Shown here: positions 50,407 to 64,000 of the stretch, piece by piece
Position numbering within the stretch: the stretch's first letter is position 1
Layout of the letters: the number at the start of each line of letters is the position of its first letter
DNA from: Spizellomyces punctatus DAOM BR117
Lineage: Eukaryota
Reading direction: 5' to 3' (one strand)
NCBI GenBank assembly: GCA_000182565.2
Contig: KQ257467.1
Length of the DNA: 64,000 nt
The notes under the pieces: model-generated
The model's input: the letters and a program-made list of their open reading frames with translations, nothing else
Told to the model about the DNA's origin: nothing
Databases searched by the model: none
Translations under genes and position numbers: made by a program

Positions 50407-52332
50407 CTATTGGACACGTCCATTCCCGACATGTCCACCATGCCCTTCTTCGCGATTTCCATATCCTCCACGATTGTAATTCGACCTATAGCCACCTCTT
50501 TGCCCACCGTTGTAGTTGCCACTGTAGCCGCCATAATTTCCACGTCCACGACCTCCGCGACGGTATCCACCGTAACCGCCCCGGCGATAATTCCGTCCGC
50601 TGTCAACCCCAGTCTGCCCAAACGTCTCCATGTTAAGTCGCCGTTCTTCATATTGCCGAGCCCGGCGGTTGCCACTAAAATCGTAATATGATCAGACACA
50701 TAATCAATTCTTGTGTAAATATCGGTGAGTATACTTACCGGCCGTCACCTTCTGCCCGATCTTTGCTCTCGCAAGAGATGTTATCAAAAAAGGATGACTT
50801 TTGGTAAAAGCCCGCACCTTCTTCATCCTCTTCCTCGGCATGACTCACACTTGGCTCTGGAGGAGGGATCGCCTCGATAGGCGATGCGTCACCCCCGGTT
50901 TTCGTAGCTGCCTCCTGAGCGAGCTCTGTCTTGTTAAACTTTGCATTTGCGGATTCAAAATCAAAATCCGAATCAGGAACAGGAATTCGAACGTTACGAG
51001 GATTCGCAGGATATCCGCGTCGATTATTGCCCCGGCCACCTCCCCGGCGATGGCCGCCTTGCAAGAGATGAGCACCAGTACCGGGTAAACGTTGCCCCTC
51101 AGAACGAACATCTGTTCCATTAGCGCCTTGGGAGCGACGAATCTCTCCCTCTGATGCTCCCGATGCATTTTGCTGCGACTGTTTGGCATCATGCTCATTC
51201 TTTCCAGCAACAGCAACTACACCGGCGCCGACGGGTGCTTCCGCAGCGTCCGGCGCTTTATGGATATTGCTGGGTGTACCTCTCTTCTCCTCATTGCTTT
51301 GCTGTGTTGCCTTGACGTCCCTCTGTGTAGATCTTTCCGGTCTTGCGTCCTGCGCAACCTTCTTTTCCTTTGATTCAGGTGCAGTATGGGACATTGTAGA
51401 TTCATTAAGATCCAACTTGTCCAGAGTAGGAACGAGACCGGCTACATCTTGATTGGCCTCACTTTGGGAACCTGGCTGCTGGCTATTCGATGGCAGTGCG
51501 TTGAGTCCTCGCGGTTGCTGCGGCGCCGAAAATCCGCCCACCTGCAGTCCAATGAGACGGAGCGTTAGTGTTAAAGTGACTGCATGATGGTGGAAAATAT
51601 GCACGTATTACCGCTCCAGGAAATACCGGCGCACCAATTTGCTCGGGTCGTCTGTCCCAATAGTATTGAGGAGGTTCTTGCTTCTGCTGAGAATGTGGGT
51701 ACGGATAGTTCACACTTGGTGGTCCGCCGTACGGGCCCATTCCTTGCGGCATCATAGGAAAGCCAGGTTGAGATGTTTGGCCTACCATCCCAGCAGGTGG
51801 ACCGTATCCAGAAAATCCGGGAGGACCGCCTGGTCCAGGAGGCCCTGGCTGCGGAGGCATATGACTTGGGGGTGGAATCTGGCTTCGCGGGTGTTGCTAC
51901 ACCATATGCCGAACAGGTTAGGCGCAAGACTATTTACGTATCACCATAAGGGCCTTCAACCTCACCCTCACGATAGCCGGATCATTCGGAACCCTCGACG
52001 GCGCAGGTGCCTTCGCTGGGGCATTCATCACATGAAGGTCCTTGACATCTGACCCTCTAAACACGACAAATGGATAGATTTCGTCGCTAGGAGGCAGTTC
52101 CTCGGCTGGGTTGCCCTTCCTGCCTTCTGTTCCGAAGGAACGTACTAGATAAGAAACAAGATTGAAGTTAAGCAACTGTTTAGTATAGGTATGAAGTCTC
52201 TAGATTTGGCGGACACGAACCATTTTCAAGTGCCACAGTCGACTCCTGCTGGTTGATTTCAGTCAAGATGCCCACATAGCGGATATCTGACTTGGATATC
52301 AAGCTAATTTCGGATCCAATGTACGGCATCAT
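50407..52332 (-). CDS. SCD6: Scd6/Lsm14 decapping activator
   Basis: [52 protein letters not shown] box [17 protein letters not shown] tail. Confidence 0.96.
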
Positions 52333-52562
52333 CTTGAAAAATCCTGGAGGTGAGCGACGAGCGGGATCGCACAATGGCCCCTGGTTGATCTAAACTGCAG
52401 CTCACTTCTCACGCAACTGCCAACTCCCAAAAGCCTTTGGCGTCTCCTTCCGGACGGCAATTTTCGGGGTCACGTGTTTCATCGCGTTCGGGTTGCGTAA
52501 GCAAACACGACGGGGTTTTCCTTGCGTTGTTTTTGAGGTTGACCTTGTTTGTTATATCAAAG

Positions 52563-53939
52563 ATGACATCGATCAAGGGAGCAAGGTAAGCCTGCATCAA
52601 AAGGAATTCATTTGATACGGCAGCATGACTTGTACTATATCGTTAGCGATGATGGAACGCATTTCATTCAGAAAACAATTCGAGATACAGGTTTGGACAA
52701 GCAGATGGGAGAAGAACAGGTTTAATGTTGACCATAACGACCCTGTTTGTTTACAGAAAGAAGTATGGCCAATTTGCGCCGGACATTGGCTGGCTATCTA
52801 AGAAACCAAGAACGTGAGAAATCATAGTGGTTATGTATTTGTTTACTTTGTGATCGATCAAATCCATTCAATAGGCCTCCGGCGAAAAAGTCTTAAATTG
52901 GCCGTGGTACTCAAGATGTTCTCGGAAAATGAGGCGCCTGCCCTTTCCACAGTGTTGTCCGGTCTGGCGGAGCTGGTAACAGAACGTGAGAAGGCCCGTG
53001 AAGTTGCAACCGATAGAATAAACATAGTATCTCAAGAACCATTAAAGCTATATTCGGTACGGATATGCTTCACAACCTGTCCCTAAGGCTTCTCTGACAC
53101 AGTCGACATTTGCAGATGATATGTACTAGAATGAAGGTAACTCCCTAACGTCCGAGTTGAGAGATCACATGTCTAAAACATATGCAGAACGAAGTGAAGG
53201 CAAGAGAATCGGCTGCACAGAAAGAACATAGAAAGCAAGAACAGTTGGATAAAATATTGATCAAGGATGCTGCAAACCGTACCAGAATCGTAAGCCCTGC
53301 TTTTTTTTTACTAGTTTAAAATCTTGTTCGCCCCGAGTCTAATAAGTTATCAGTCTCAGGTATAGGTGATTGGGCTCTGTCCAGGTTGCATTCTCCCAAT
53401 TTGCAAAATCTTAACGTTCATCAATAGAGCCAATTAGAGCTAGCGGGTGCCACACAGGATGTGCGAACAGCAACTGGCGCATTAGTTGACAGCGTCCACA
53501 GGTTTGAAAGTCAAAAGCGAGCTGATCTGCAGGTGGGTTCAATCACCAACAACTTCCCCGCTGTATTCAGGACAACTTAAACAATGCACAGAGATCCCTT
53601 GGAGAATTCCTTTGGAATGAAATGAATTTCCATGCACAAGCCCTGGAAATACTGACCGAGGCACATCAGCTCCTGATGACAGACGATATGAGCGCTGATT
53701 TGGCAGAGATTGAAGAGAGAGTGAATCTAGCAGCATCGCGAACAAATTCTCCGATTCGGGGTCACCGAGAGGACGCTTACTACGACAGTGACGAGGACGA
53801 CTCGAGAAGTCCGCATTTCCGCAGGAAAGACAGCATCAGATCACGAAAATCTGTCAGATCTCATCAGGACAGGTTAGAACCACCCAGATCAGAAAAAAGA
53901 CGCCAGAGCGCTGGTCACGCAAGAGGTAGAAACAAGTAA
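52563..53939 (+). CDS. FAM92: FAM92/CIBAR BAR-domain ciliary basal-body/transition-zone protein
   Basis: Spliced translation ..YLRNQERLRRKS..ENEAPAL..EPLKLYS..RTRISQSQLEL..FESQKRADL..EMNFHAQALEILTEA is colinear with human FAM92A motifs (EPLKTY, ISQAETEL, EMLFHGKALE). Confidence 0.8.
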
Positions 53940-54066
53940 CTGTCTCCGCAAGTGTATCACTGAGCTAAGTGCATATGTCAATATACATATATTTCAATAC
54001 AAACGGATGCCAGATCGGGAGGAACTATATGGCTAGGATGCTGTGTGGTCAAAGTTGAGGGGCGGT

Positions 54067-54815
<749 letters not shown>

Positions 54816-54924
54816 GCTGGAAAACGAATGAAAGGAAATAGAGCAAGATCAGCTCCGCATTCCAAATGTCGAATCACTCCAAAATGGTCAGCCCAATCAG
54901 TTCTCTCCTACCCCATCCACTCCT

Positions 54925-54981
54925 TCATCCATCCATCCATTCGCCCGTCCAATCATCCATCCATCTATACATCCATTCCAT
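54925..54981. repeat. Imperfect (ATCC)n tetranucleotide tract in the EGD2/TLG2 intergenic region
   Basis: catc atccatccat..tccaatcatccatccatctatacatccattccat. Confidence 0.7.
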
Positions 54982-55210
54982 GAGTTGCTCCTCTCCCCAG
55001 CTTGCCAACTTACTTGCTAATTCGCTGCCGATGCTTCGAGCCAATGATTCAGGCAGGACGATGGGAGGCAGTAGATGGGTCCTTCCTTGTGATGGCACAG
55101 CAACAATTCGAAAACTGTGCCAATCTGAGGTCGTTATGTAATCGTCCCGTAACCGGAAGCGCAAACGCGGCCAGCTCGGACCAACACTGCAACCACACCA
55201 GCTGTAGACC

Positions 55211-56641
55211 ATGGCTACTCGAAGTCGGACCCTTTTATTTCTCCAGTACCGCAATTCCTTTGCTAGAACTGGAACTAGGAGACCAACACGGCCACTTGGT
55301 GTGGATACGTCTGAACGTGCTGGCCTTATTGCCAATGAGGTCGACCAGAGCACAGAAGTGGTGGTGGAGCTCTCCGTATTACCCCCAAAATGGTAAGACA
55401 TTGGAAGTGCAACGCTCTCCTCGGTATATACTTATTTAAATTCACTCTCATATGTGAATGGGAAGGATTGACATTGTTGACGAGGTATAATGCCTTGAGA
55501 GTCGCACGATGCCTTGACAGTTATTGAACAGTTACTATATTGCAGGTCGATGAAGACGTCGACCGTATCAAGGCGCGACGTACGTATATGCGAGAATACA
55601 CTGGCAGATTGTTTGCCACGCCTAACCGGCATCAACTTATTCACAGTAACCGAGTTGGAAGCTCTACATAAGAAACATCTACTACCTGGGTTTGATGATC
55701 GATTAGGAGAGGAGCAATCCATTGAGCGACTTACGACCAATATCACCGATGTGAGTTCAGGATGCGAAGCATCTTTCTAAGATAGCGCATTGGATGGATC
55801 GCTAGACCATTCGTTGTCTTTCACTAATATCGCATTGTTTCCCGGAAGTGCAGATGTTTCGTGAATGCGAGCGGAAAGTGAAACGTATTGCGAATGAGAG
55901 CCAATATGCGCCTGCAACATCGAAACAAAACCAGGTTTTGGCTCGCAACATTCAGACATCTCTTGCAACAAAGATGCAAGACCTCTCCAGTGCGTTCCGA
56001 AAAACTCAATCAAATTACCTGCAAAGTAAGGGTCGGTGCTAAGGATGCTGTCGCAAAATATGATTTACAATATCGTATTGTCACTGTCCAGAACTTCGCG
56101 GTAGGGAAGTTCGCAACAAGGATGCGTTTGCAATGGAGTCGGGACCATCAGACTCCCAAGAAGACGATTTAGATGCGGTATGATCAACCACTGTGACAAG
56201 TGCTGGCCAGTTATACTAATTAGTGTGTTTCTCTGTCACAGGTTTTTACAGATGCGCAACTTCAAATCGTACAGAACAACGAGCGAGCAATCACAGAACG
56301 AGAGAAGGAGATCAACGAGATCGTTAAATCCATGCTTGGGGTGGCGGACATTTTCAGAGAGTTGCACACAATGGTGATTGACCAGGGGACAGTACTTGAT
56401 CGAATAGATTACAACATTGAACAAGTCAATGTTCACATGGAGGACGCACATAAGCAATTGCTGCAGGTTGGTGTTGAACCGGTGTTTATTGCTCACTAGA
56501 ATTTTCTGCTGACGGGCCTGACCTTTCGAAAAGGGAGCAAAGTACCAGGACAGATCAAAAGCAAAGCTTTGCATCATCCTGCTTGGCATAGTCGTATTTT
56601 TATTGTTTTTGATTCTAGTGTTCAAACGACGGAGTACTTAA
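55211..56641 (+). CDS. TLG2: Syntaxin-16/Tlg2 Qa-SNARE
   Basis: N-peptide MATRSRTLLFLQYR, LPPKWVD, LHKKHLLPGFDD, SNARE motif IFRELHTMVIDQGTVLDRIDYNIE, C-terminal TM. Confidence 0.95.
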
Positions 56642-56746
56642 TATTAATCATATGCATACATGTCTGGGGAGATCGTTTTATGATAGCATTGATACCCCTA
56701 CTATCTGCCGTATTCTTGGGACGCCCGCCGCTGTACGCGCATCCCG

Positions 56747-57295
56747 CTATGCGATTTTTGTGAGTAGTTGCTTATATATCTTGTTCATTGGTCGGTTGTT
56801 GGCGAGGTGCTTCGCCACATAATGAGCGCAGACTTGTGCGTCCAAAAGTGGATTTTTGATGACGTTGACTTTCAAATGGATCGGTGAATCCCGGTAAATT
56901 TGTAAGGAAGCAAGGGGGTCCTGTTCCGCGCCCAAAGCTTCCAGAGGAGTTGTCGCATTCCCTTTGAAGATATCTTTGAAGTAATGATTTCCTTTCGCCA
57001 GTTTGTCCACTCGCCGTTCTAATCGTCCAAGTGCCTCCAGTGGGCGGACATTGCGGAAGTCTATGGTGGGGTTTCGCACGCGTGGGTGTGAGCTTGGCTG
57101 GTTGTCACTTTTTGTCTGTTCAAGAACTGTAAGGTTGATCCATATTCCACTCGTCGATGCTCGAATGTGTGGTTCAGAGATGACATTGTGTTGAAATATG
57201 TGCTTCACGTAGTCAGCGAGAAGCTGGTGCCGGACGTTTCCAGGCCAGTTGACAACTCCTCGCAGACGGAGGGCGAGAGGATTGGTACGACCCAT
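56747..57295 (-). CDS. Nuclear-encoded ribosomal protein uS3-like (N-terminal KH-type domain only), probably mitoribosomal; optional upstream ATG at 57427
   Basis: MGRTNPLALRLRG..W resembles the uS3 start MGQKVNPxGLRLG..W; IKNPLLDAQVCAHYVAKHL resembles P-LDAxLVAxxIAxxL. ORF ends before the uS3 C-terminal domain. No introns. Confidence 0.7.
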   Translation of the reverse strand: MGRTNPLALRLRGVVNWPGNVRHQLLADYVKHIFQHNVISEPHIRASTSGIWINLTVLEQTKSDNQPSSHPRVRNPTIDFRNVRPLEALGRLERRVDKLAKGNHYFKDIFKGNATTPLEALGAEQDPLASLQIYRDSPIHLKVNVIKNPLLDAQVCAHYVAKHLANNRPMNKIYKQLLTKIA

Positions 57296-57352
57296 TATGC
57301 AAAATGACTTGGACAAACAGTTCAATCGTGCTCCACTCAGGTCAACTCGGTG

Positions 57353-57366
57353 GTTGACATGGCAAC
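57353..57366. promoter_or_regulatory. RFX X-box-like element between the uS3-like gene and RIX7
   Basis: GTTGACATGGCAAC, one mismatch from the palindrome GTTGCCATGGCAAC. Confidence 0.45.
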
Positions 57367-57517
57367 TAGCTGTATTAGGTAAGCCCGTGGCTTGTTTGAA
57401 GAATCTGGTCAACGAGTTCAGGTTCATGGTGAAGGAGAACTTTGTACATTTTTATCCGAGGCTTTAGTCCATTTCACAAGTGCAGCACTTGTGAGGACGG
57501 GCTGCAGCGTACCTGCC

Positions 57518-60565
<3,048 letters not shown>

Positions 60566-60947
60566 GGAGTCACGGATGCGGCGCCATGTATATAGAAAAC
60601 ACTTGCTGTGCATGTAAACTACACTTGGATTCCGGCAGCAATATTAGGATGTCGGATGTTGTTTGTGTTGGTGGCAAAGGGGAAAACCGGATGAGATATG
60701 GTATATTAGAGGTTGGCTAGCTGCAATGAATTCGATCTATTGCAAGTGTCCCCTAGATAGATTATTAGTTTGCTGTAGCCCACTGGTTCATATTGTAGAA
60801 CCGCGACCGCTGCCATGAGTATAGCGCTGATACATAGAGCCGAATAAGAGGCGTCGAAGTGTCTGTGGTATTATGCCAAATGGTTCACTGTGTAACTGAC
60901 CATAGAGGTCTTTGTACTAAATTATCTTAAAATTGAGTCCATTTCCC

Positions 60948-62183
60948 TTAACCAATGACAATCTTTCCATCACTCTCATTGAATTCGTACGCAGGAATCT
61001 CAAGGTTCAGGGGAGCAGGACCCTTCCTGATTCGCCCGCTATTTTCCCATGATTTGTTAGAGCTTAGCACTTTAATATCCGCAAGCAATTGTCATCTAGA
61101 CTCTCACCTGATATCATAGTGGGAACCGTGGCACGGACAGAACCAACCTCCATATTCACCAGCTGCAAACAGAACCATTGTCAAAACAATCTCCCTCGTC
61201 CGTTCCAGTAACACTGACAAGCGCGTACCTTCTCCAATGGGAACACATCCCAAATGGGTGCATACTCCCAACATTACCAGCCATTCTGGCTTTTTTGTCC
61301 TGTCCGCGTCAGTTTCAGGGTCACGAAGTTCGCTCAAAGACACAGAGTTGGCCTCAGCAATTTCTGCAAAATATGTCGAGTGAATTTACGATATGCAAAA
61401 AATGAAAACATCGTATCATGTACCATCCGCGGTCCGGTGACGGATGAATACCGGCTTTCCACGCCACTGTAATGCAAAATGTTCAGCAATGCAACTTTTT
61501 AAAAAGGAGTTTCGTCCTGTACCCATCCCTCATTCACGCAAAGCCACGGTTGACTTGCTTTGCTTACCTTAATGATAACATTTTTCCCTTCCGGAATGGA
61601 TGCCATGTCGACTTCGACCTTGGCGAGAGCAAGCACATCCGCCGACGCCGCAAAGTGTACAAGATAGTCGGTAACAATGTTCTTGGCCGCGGCCGCGCCG
61701 ATGAAACTGTACGTGCCAATCATAAAGTAGGCAAAGTTCCGGTGAGCGATATCGTCGGTGTTTCGCAGTCTGTATGCCTCCTGGTCAGAAGGTGGGACGG
61801 CTACATCGGCGTCGTAGTCGACCTGCTTGACGGGGGAAGCGTAGAAGCGTTTTTGGCCGGCGATGGAGCTTGGTGCTATAGGTAACGTAGCCACAATGCA
61901 TCAGCCACCGATGCATAGAAACAAGAGTGCACAGAGGCGGCGAGCTGACTAGCTTTGGCTGTACTTCATATTGCCTCCAAGCCTGTCCAAGCTTACCTGT
62001 AAACGTGGTCTTTGACGACAGGTAGGCGCCGTTAATGTTTGCGGCCACATGCTTGGCGACGTTGGGAACGGATGACTTGGGGGCTCCAGCGGACGCGGCG
62101 CCCAATACACGCGGAATGCCCGTTGCCGGTCGTGAGACCCAAGAGCGAGAGGACAAAAGGGAAGGGGCCACCTTGCTCGCCAT
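60948..62183 (-). CDS. RIP1: Cytochrome bc1 Rieske iron-sulfur protein
   Basis: Presequence; [33 protein letters not shown] and [19 protein letters not shown]. Confidence 0.97.
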
Positions 62184-62308
62184 GATTTCAAAAAGTTGGA
62201 AGGTAAAAAATCCAATCAGGTTCAGGCGTTGAAAACCGTTGCAAAAGGTTTTGTTGCTTGCCTGACTCTTCCGATGCGAAATAATTTCGGATGGGCGCGG
62301 GGGATTAT

Positions 62309-62343
62309 CACGTGAAATGACTCACGCTATGCTAGGTCACGTG
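62309..62343. promoter_or_regulatory. Paired E-boxes (TCACGTG x2) flanking TGACTCA in the RIP1/PFK divergent promoter
   Basis: CACGTG at 62309-62314 and 62338-62343, with the AP-1/Gcn4-type TGACTCA between them. Confidence 0.55.
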
Positions 62344-62436
62344 GACAGGATTGCACAATCCAACAGATCCGATAAGGTTCGCGTGAAATCCGCCCTCGGC
62401 TTGGCCATCGTTTTTGCCATTGAAAACTTGTGTGTG

Positions 62437-64000
62437 ATGGCCCCCATCTCTGCGCTTTCCCATCTGACTCTAACGGCTCCCAATAGGAGACTCCACGAAG
62501 AGTCTCTCAATTTCTATAGTCGCCTGGGATTCAAGGCCATTTCTCAGGAAACAGACGACGTATGGTTGCACTTGTTCCCGCCTCCGAGTGCCAAGCACGG
62601 CGCTGGCTTCACGTTGCATTTGATAGTGGACAATGTACCTACGTTTGATGAAAGCACCTTTCAAAGGAAATGGAAAAAGACAGCAGACTCTTTAACCGAC
62701 GACAAGGTCGGATACGCGTCTTGGGGCTGTTTTGTCGTCGACGACGTACAGGTGAGTGGATATCGACCGTAGGTGATAGCCAGCAGAGGTGCTACCTCAG
62801 AGAGCATTGTGATTCTATCAACGTAAATTATATTGGAGGGGCGAGAGAACTTGCCATTCTTTAAGAACAAAGACGTCAGATTGTCCTGCAAAGACATGCA
62901 TCTGTTCTTATTTGTATATCCGTCATCAGGCAATCCAAGCTGAATTGGACAAAACCAATTACCCTTACAAAGTGTCCAGCCTTCAATACTCACAACTTTG
63001 GACGTCTCAACGGGTCACTTCCCACTCGCACATTACTGGTCCCGCCAGCGAAACCCCACAGACAGAAGCGGTTGCACTCCAGACATATGATCCTATAGGT
63101 AACCTTCTGACTTTCACGAACCGCGCGTCTCCTTTTGGAACGGGAAAGGTGGATGCCGTTGCAGTATCCCAAACATCCTTGGCCTCTATAGCTACCGTGG
63201 ATGGCATCCCAACCGCGTCAACGGACGAAGGGAAACCACGGCAGCGCAAGCGAATTGGAATTCTAACCAGCGGTGGTGATTCGTCAGGAATGAACGCTGC
63301 TGTCAGATCCATCACTAGAGTAGCGTTACAGCGTGGGTGTGTTCCATTCGCCATTTATGAAGGATACCAAGGTCTGGTTGATGGCGGTAACTACATCAAG
63401 CGTCTTGGCTGGGAAGATGTTCGTAGTCTGCTTGCAGTCGGAGGCACTTCCATTGGTACAGCTCGCTGTGCGGACTTTCGTACTCGAGAGGGGCGTTTGA
63501 AAGCAGTATATAATCTCATTACAAACGGAATTGATGCATTGGTGGTAATTGGGGGCGACGGGTCCCTTACAGGAGCTGATATGTTGAGAGCAGAATGGAA
63601 GGGTTTGGTAGATGAGCTCGTGGCTCTTGGAAAAATAAAGGAAGATGAGTGTCAGCATTTACGGGAAGATCTTACCATCGTTGGCATGGTTGGGTCAATC
63701 GACAACGACATGTCGTCCACAGACATTACCATTGGTGCCGTAACCTCGCTCCATCGAATTTGCGAGGCTGTCGATAACCTCACCTCGACGGCACTATCTC
63801 ATCAGCGTGCCTTTGTTGTGGAGGTCATGGGCCGTCATTGCGGTTGGCTAGGGTTGATGGCGGGTATCGCTGTTGGCGCAGATTGGGTGTTTCTACCCGA
63901 AAGGCCTCCTCCACTAGACGATGCTCGCTACGGTGACGATTGGGAGACTGAAATGTGTGATACCATAAAGAAATACCGAAGCAGGGGCAACCGCAAATCC
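62437..64000 (+). CDS. PFK1: 6-phosphofructokinase with N-terminal glyoxalase-like domain (3' truncated)
   Basis: Exon 62437-62751, intron 62752-62929, then open frame: DPIGNLLTF, RIGILTSGGDSSGMNAAVR, GGTSIGTARC, IGGDGSLTGA, GSIDND, EVMGRHCGWL. Confidence 0.96.
62768..62899 (+). ncRNA. Candidate intronic H/ACA snoRNA-like element in PFK intron 1
   Basis: Hairpin TGATAG/CTATCA with upper stem GGTGCT/AGCATT, H-box-like AAATTA at 62825-62830, weaker second hairpin, ACA at 62894-62896; about 130 nt. No target identified. Confidence 0.3.

Noticed and set aside
61490-61545. Minus-strand ..GTGAATGAG..AGGACGAAAC in a RIP1 intron resembles a hammerhead ribozyme
   Set aside because: No CUGAUGA core and no complementary stem II.
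62752-62772. Apparent 21-nt GT-AG mini-intron in PFK
   Set aside because: Using it leads to a TAA after 17 codons; the 62929 acceptor restores the PFK frame.
62900-62911. ATCTGTTCTTAT identical to part of U2 snRNA
   Set aside because: Only 12 nt, in a polypyrimidine tract, with no other U2 sequence nearby.

Overview
Gene-dense eukaryotic (fungal) nuclear DNA with many short GT-AG introns (mostly about 50-80 nt). It holds about 29 protein-coding genes, mostly housekeeping: NOP1, a PEBP, Ras, a ROCK-type kinase, mitochondrial ProRS, MMADHC/CblD, SEC1, PHO88/SND3, HEM13/CPOX, RPC40, BET4, SEC59, BCD1, Nup53, ECT1, ULP1, PBP1, PPT2, an SMPD4-like gene, Hook, SCD6, FAM92/CIBAR, EGD2, TLG2, a uS3-like protein, RIX7, RIP1 and a partial PFK. 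Most sit in tight head-to-head pairs with a CACGTG box between them. The ciliary BAR protein FAM92, cobalamin-trafficking CblD, ROCK and SMPD4 point to an early-diverging, probably flagellated (chytrid-like) fungus; this is inference. The most notable observations are: (1) an intronless nuclear uS3-like gene with only the N-terminal KH domain; (2) a ROCK whose split PH domain carries two HR1 repeats as well as the C1; (3) an unannotated TATA-driven spliced micro-gene or leader just upstream of ProRS; (4) a coproporphyrinogen oxidase with an animal-like bipartite mitochondrial presequence built from four small exons; (5) 6-nt and 11-nt microexons; (6) an H/ACA-snoRNA-like fold in PFK intron 1. 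I recognised no tRNA, rRNA, CRISPR array or transposon. All identities come from remembered family motifs, not database searches. Spliced-gene coordinates run from start codon to stop codon, introns included.
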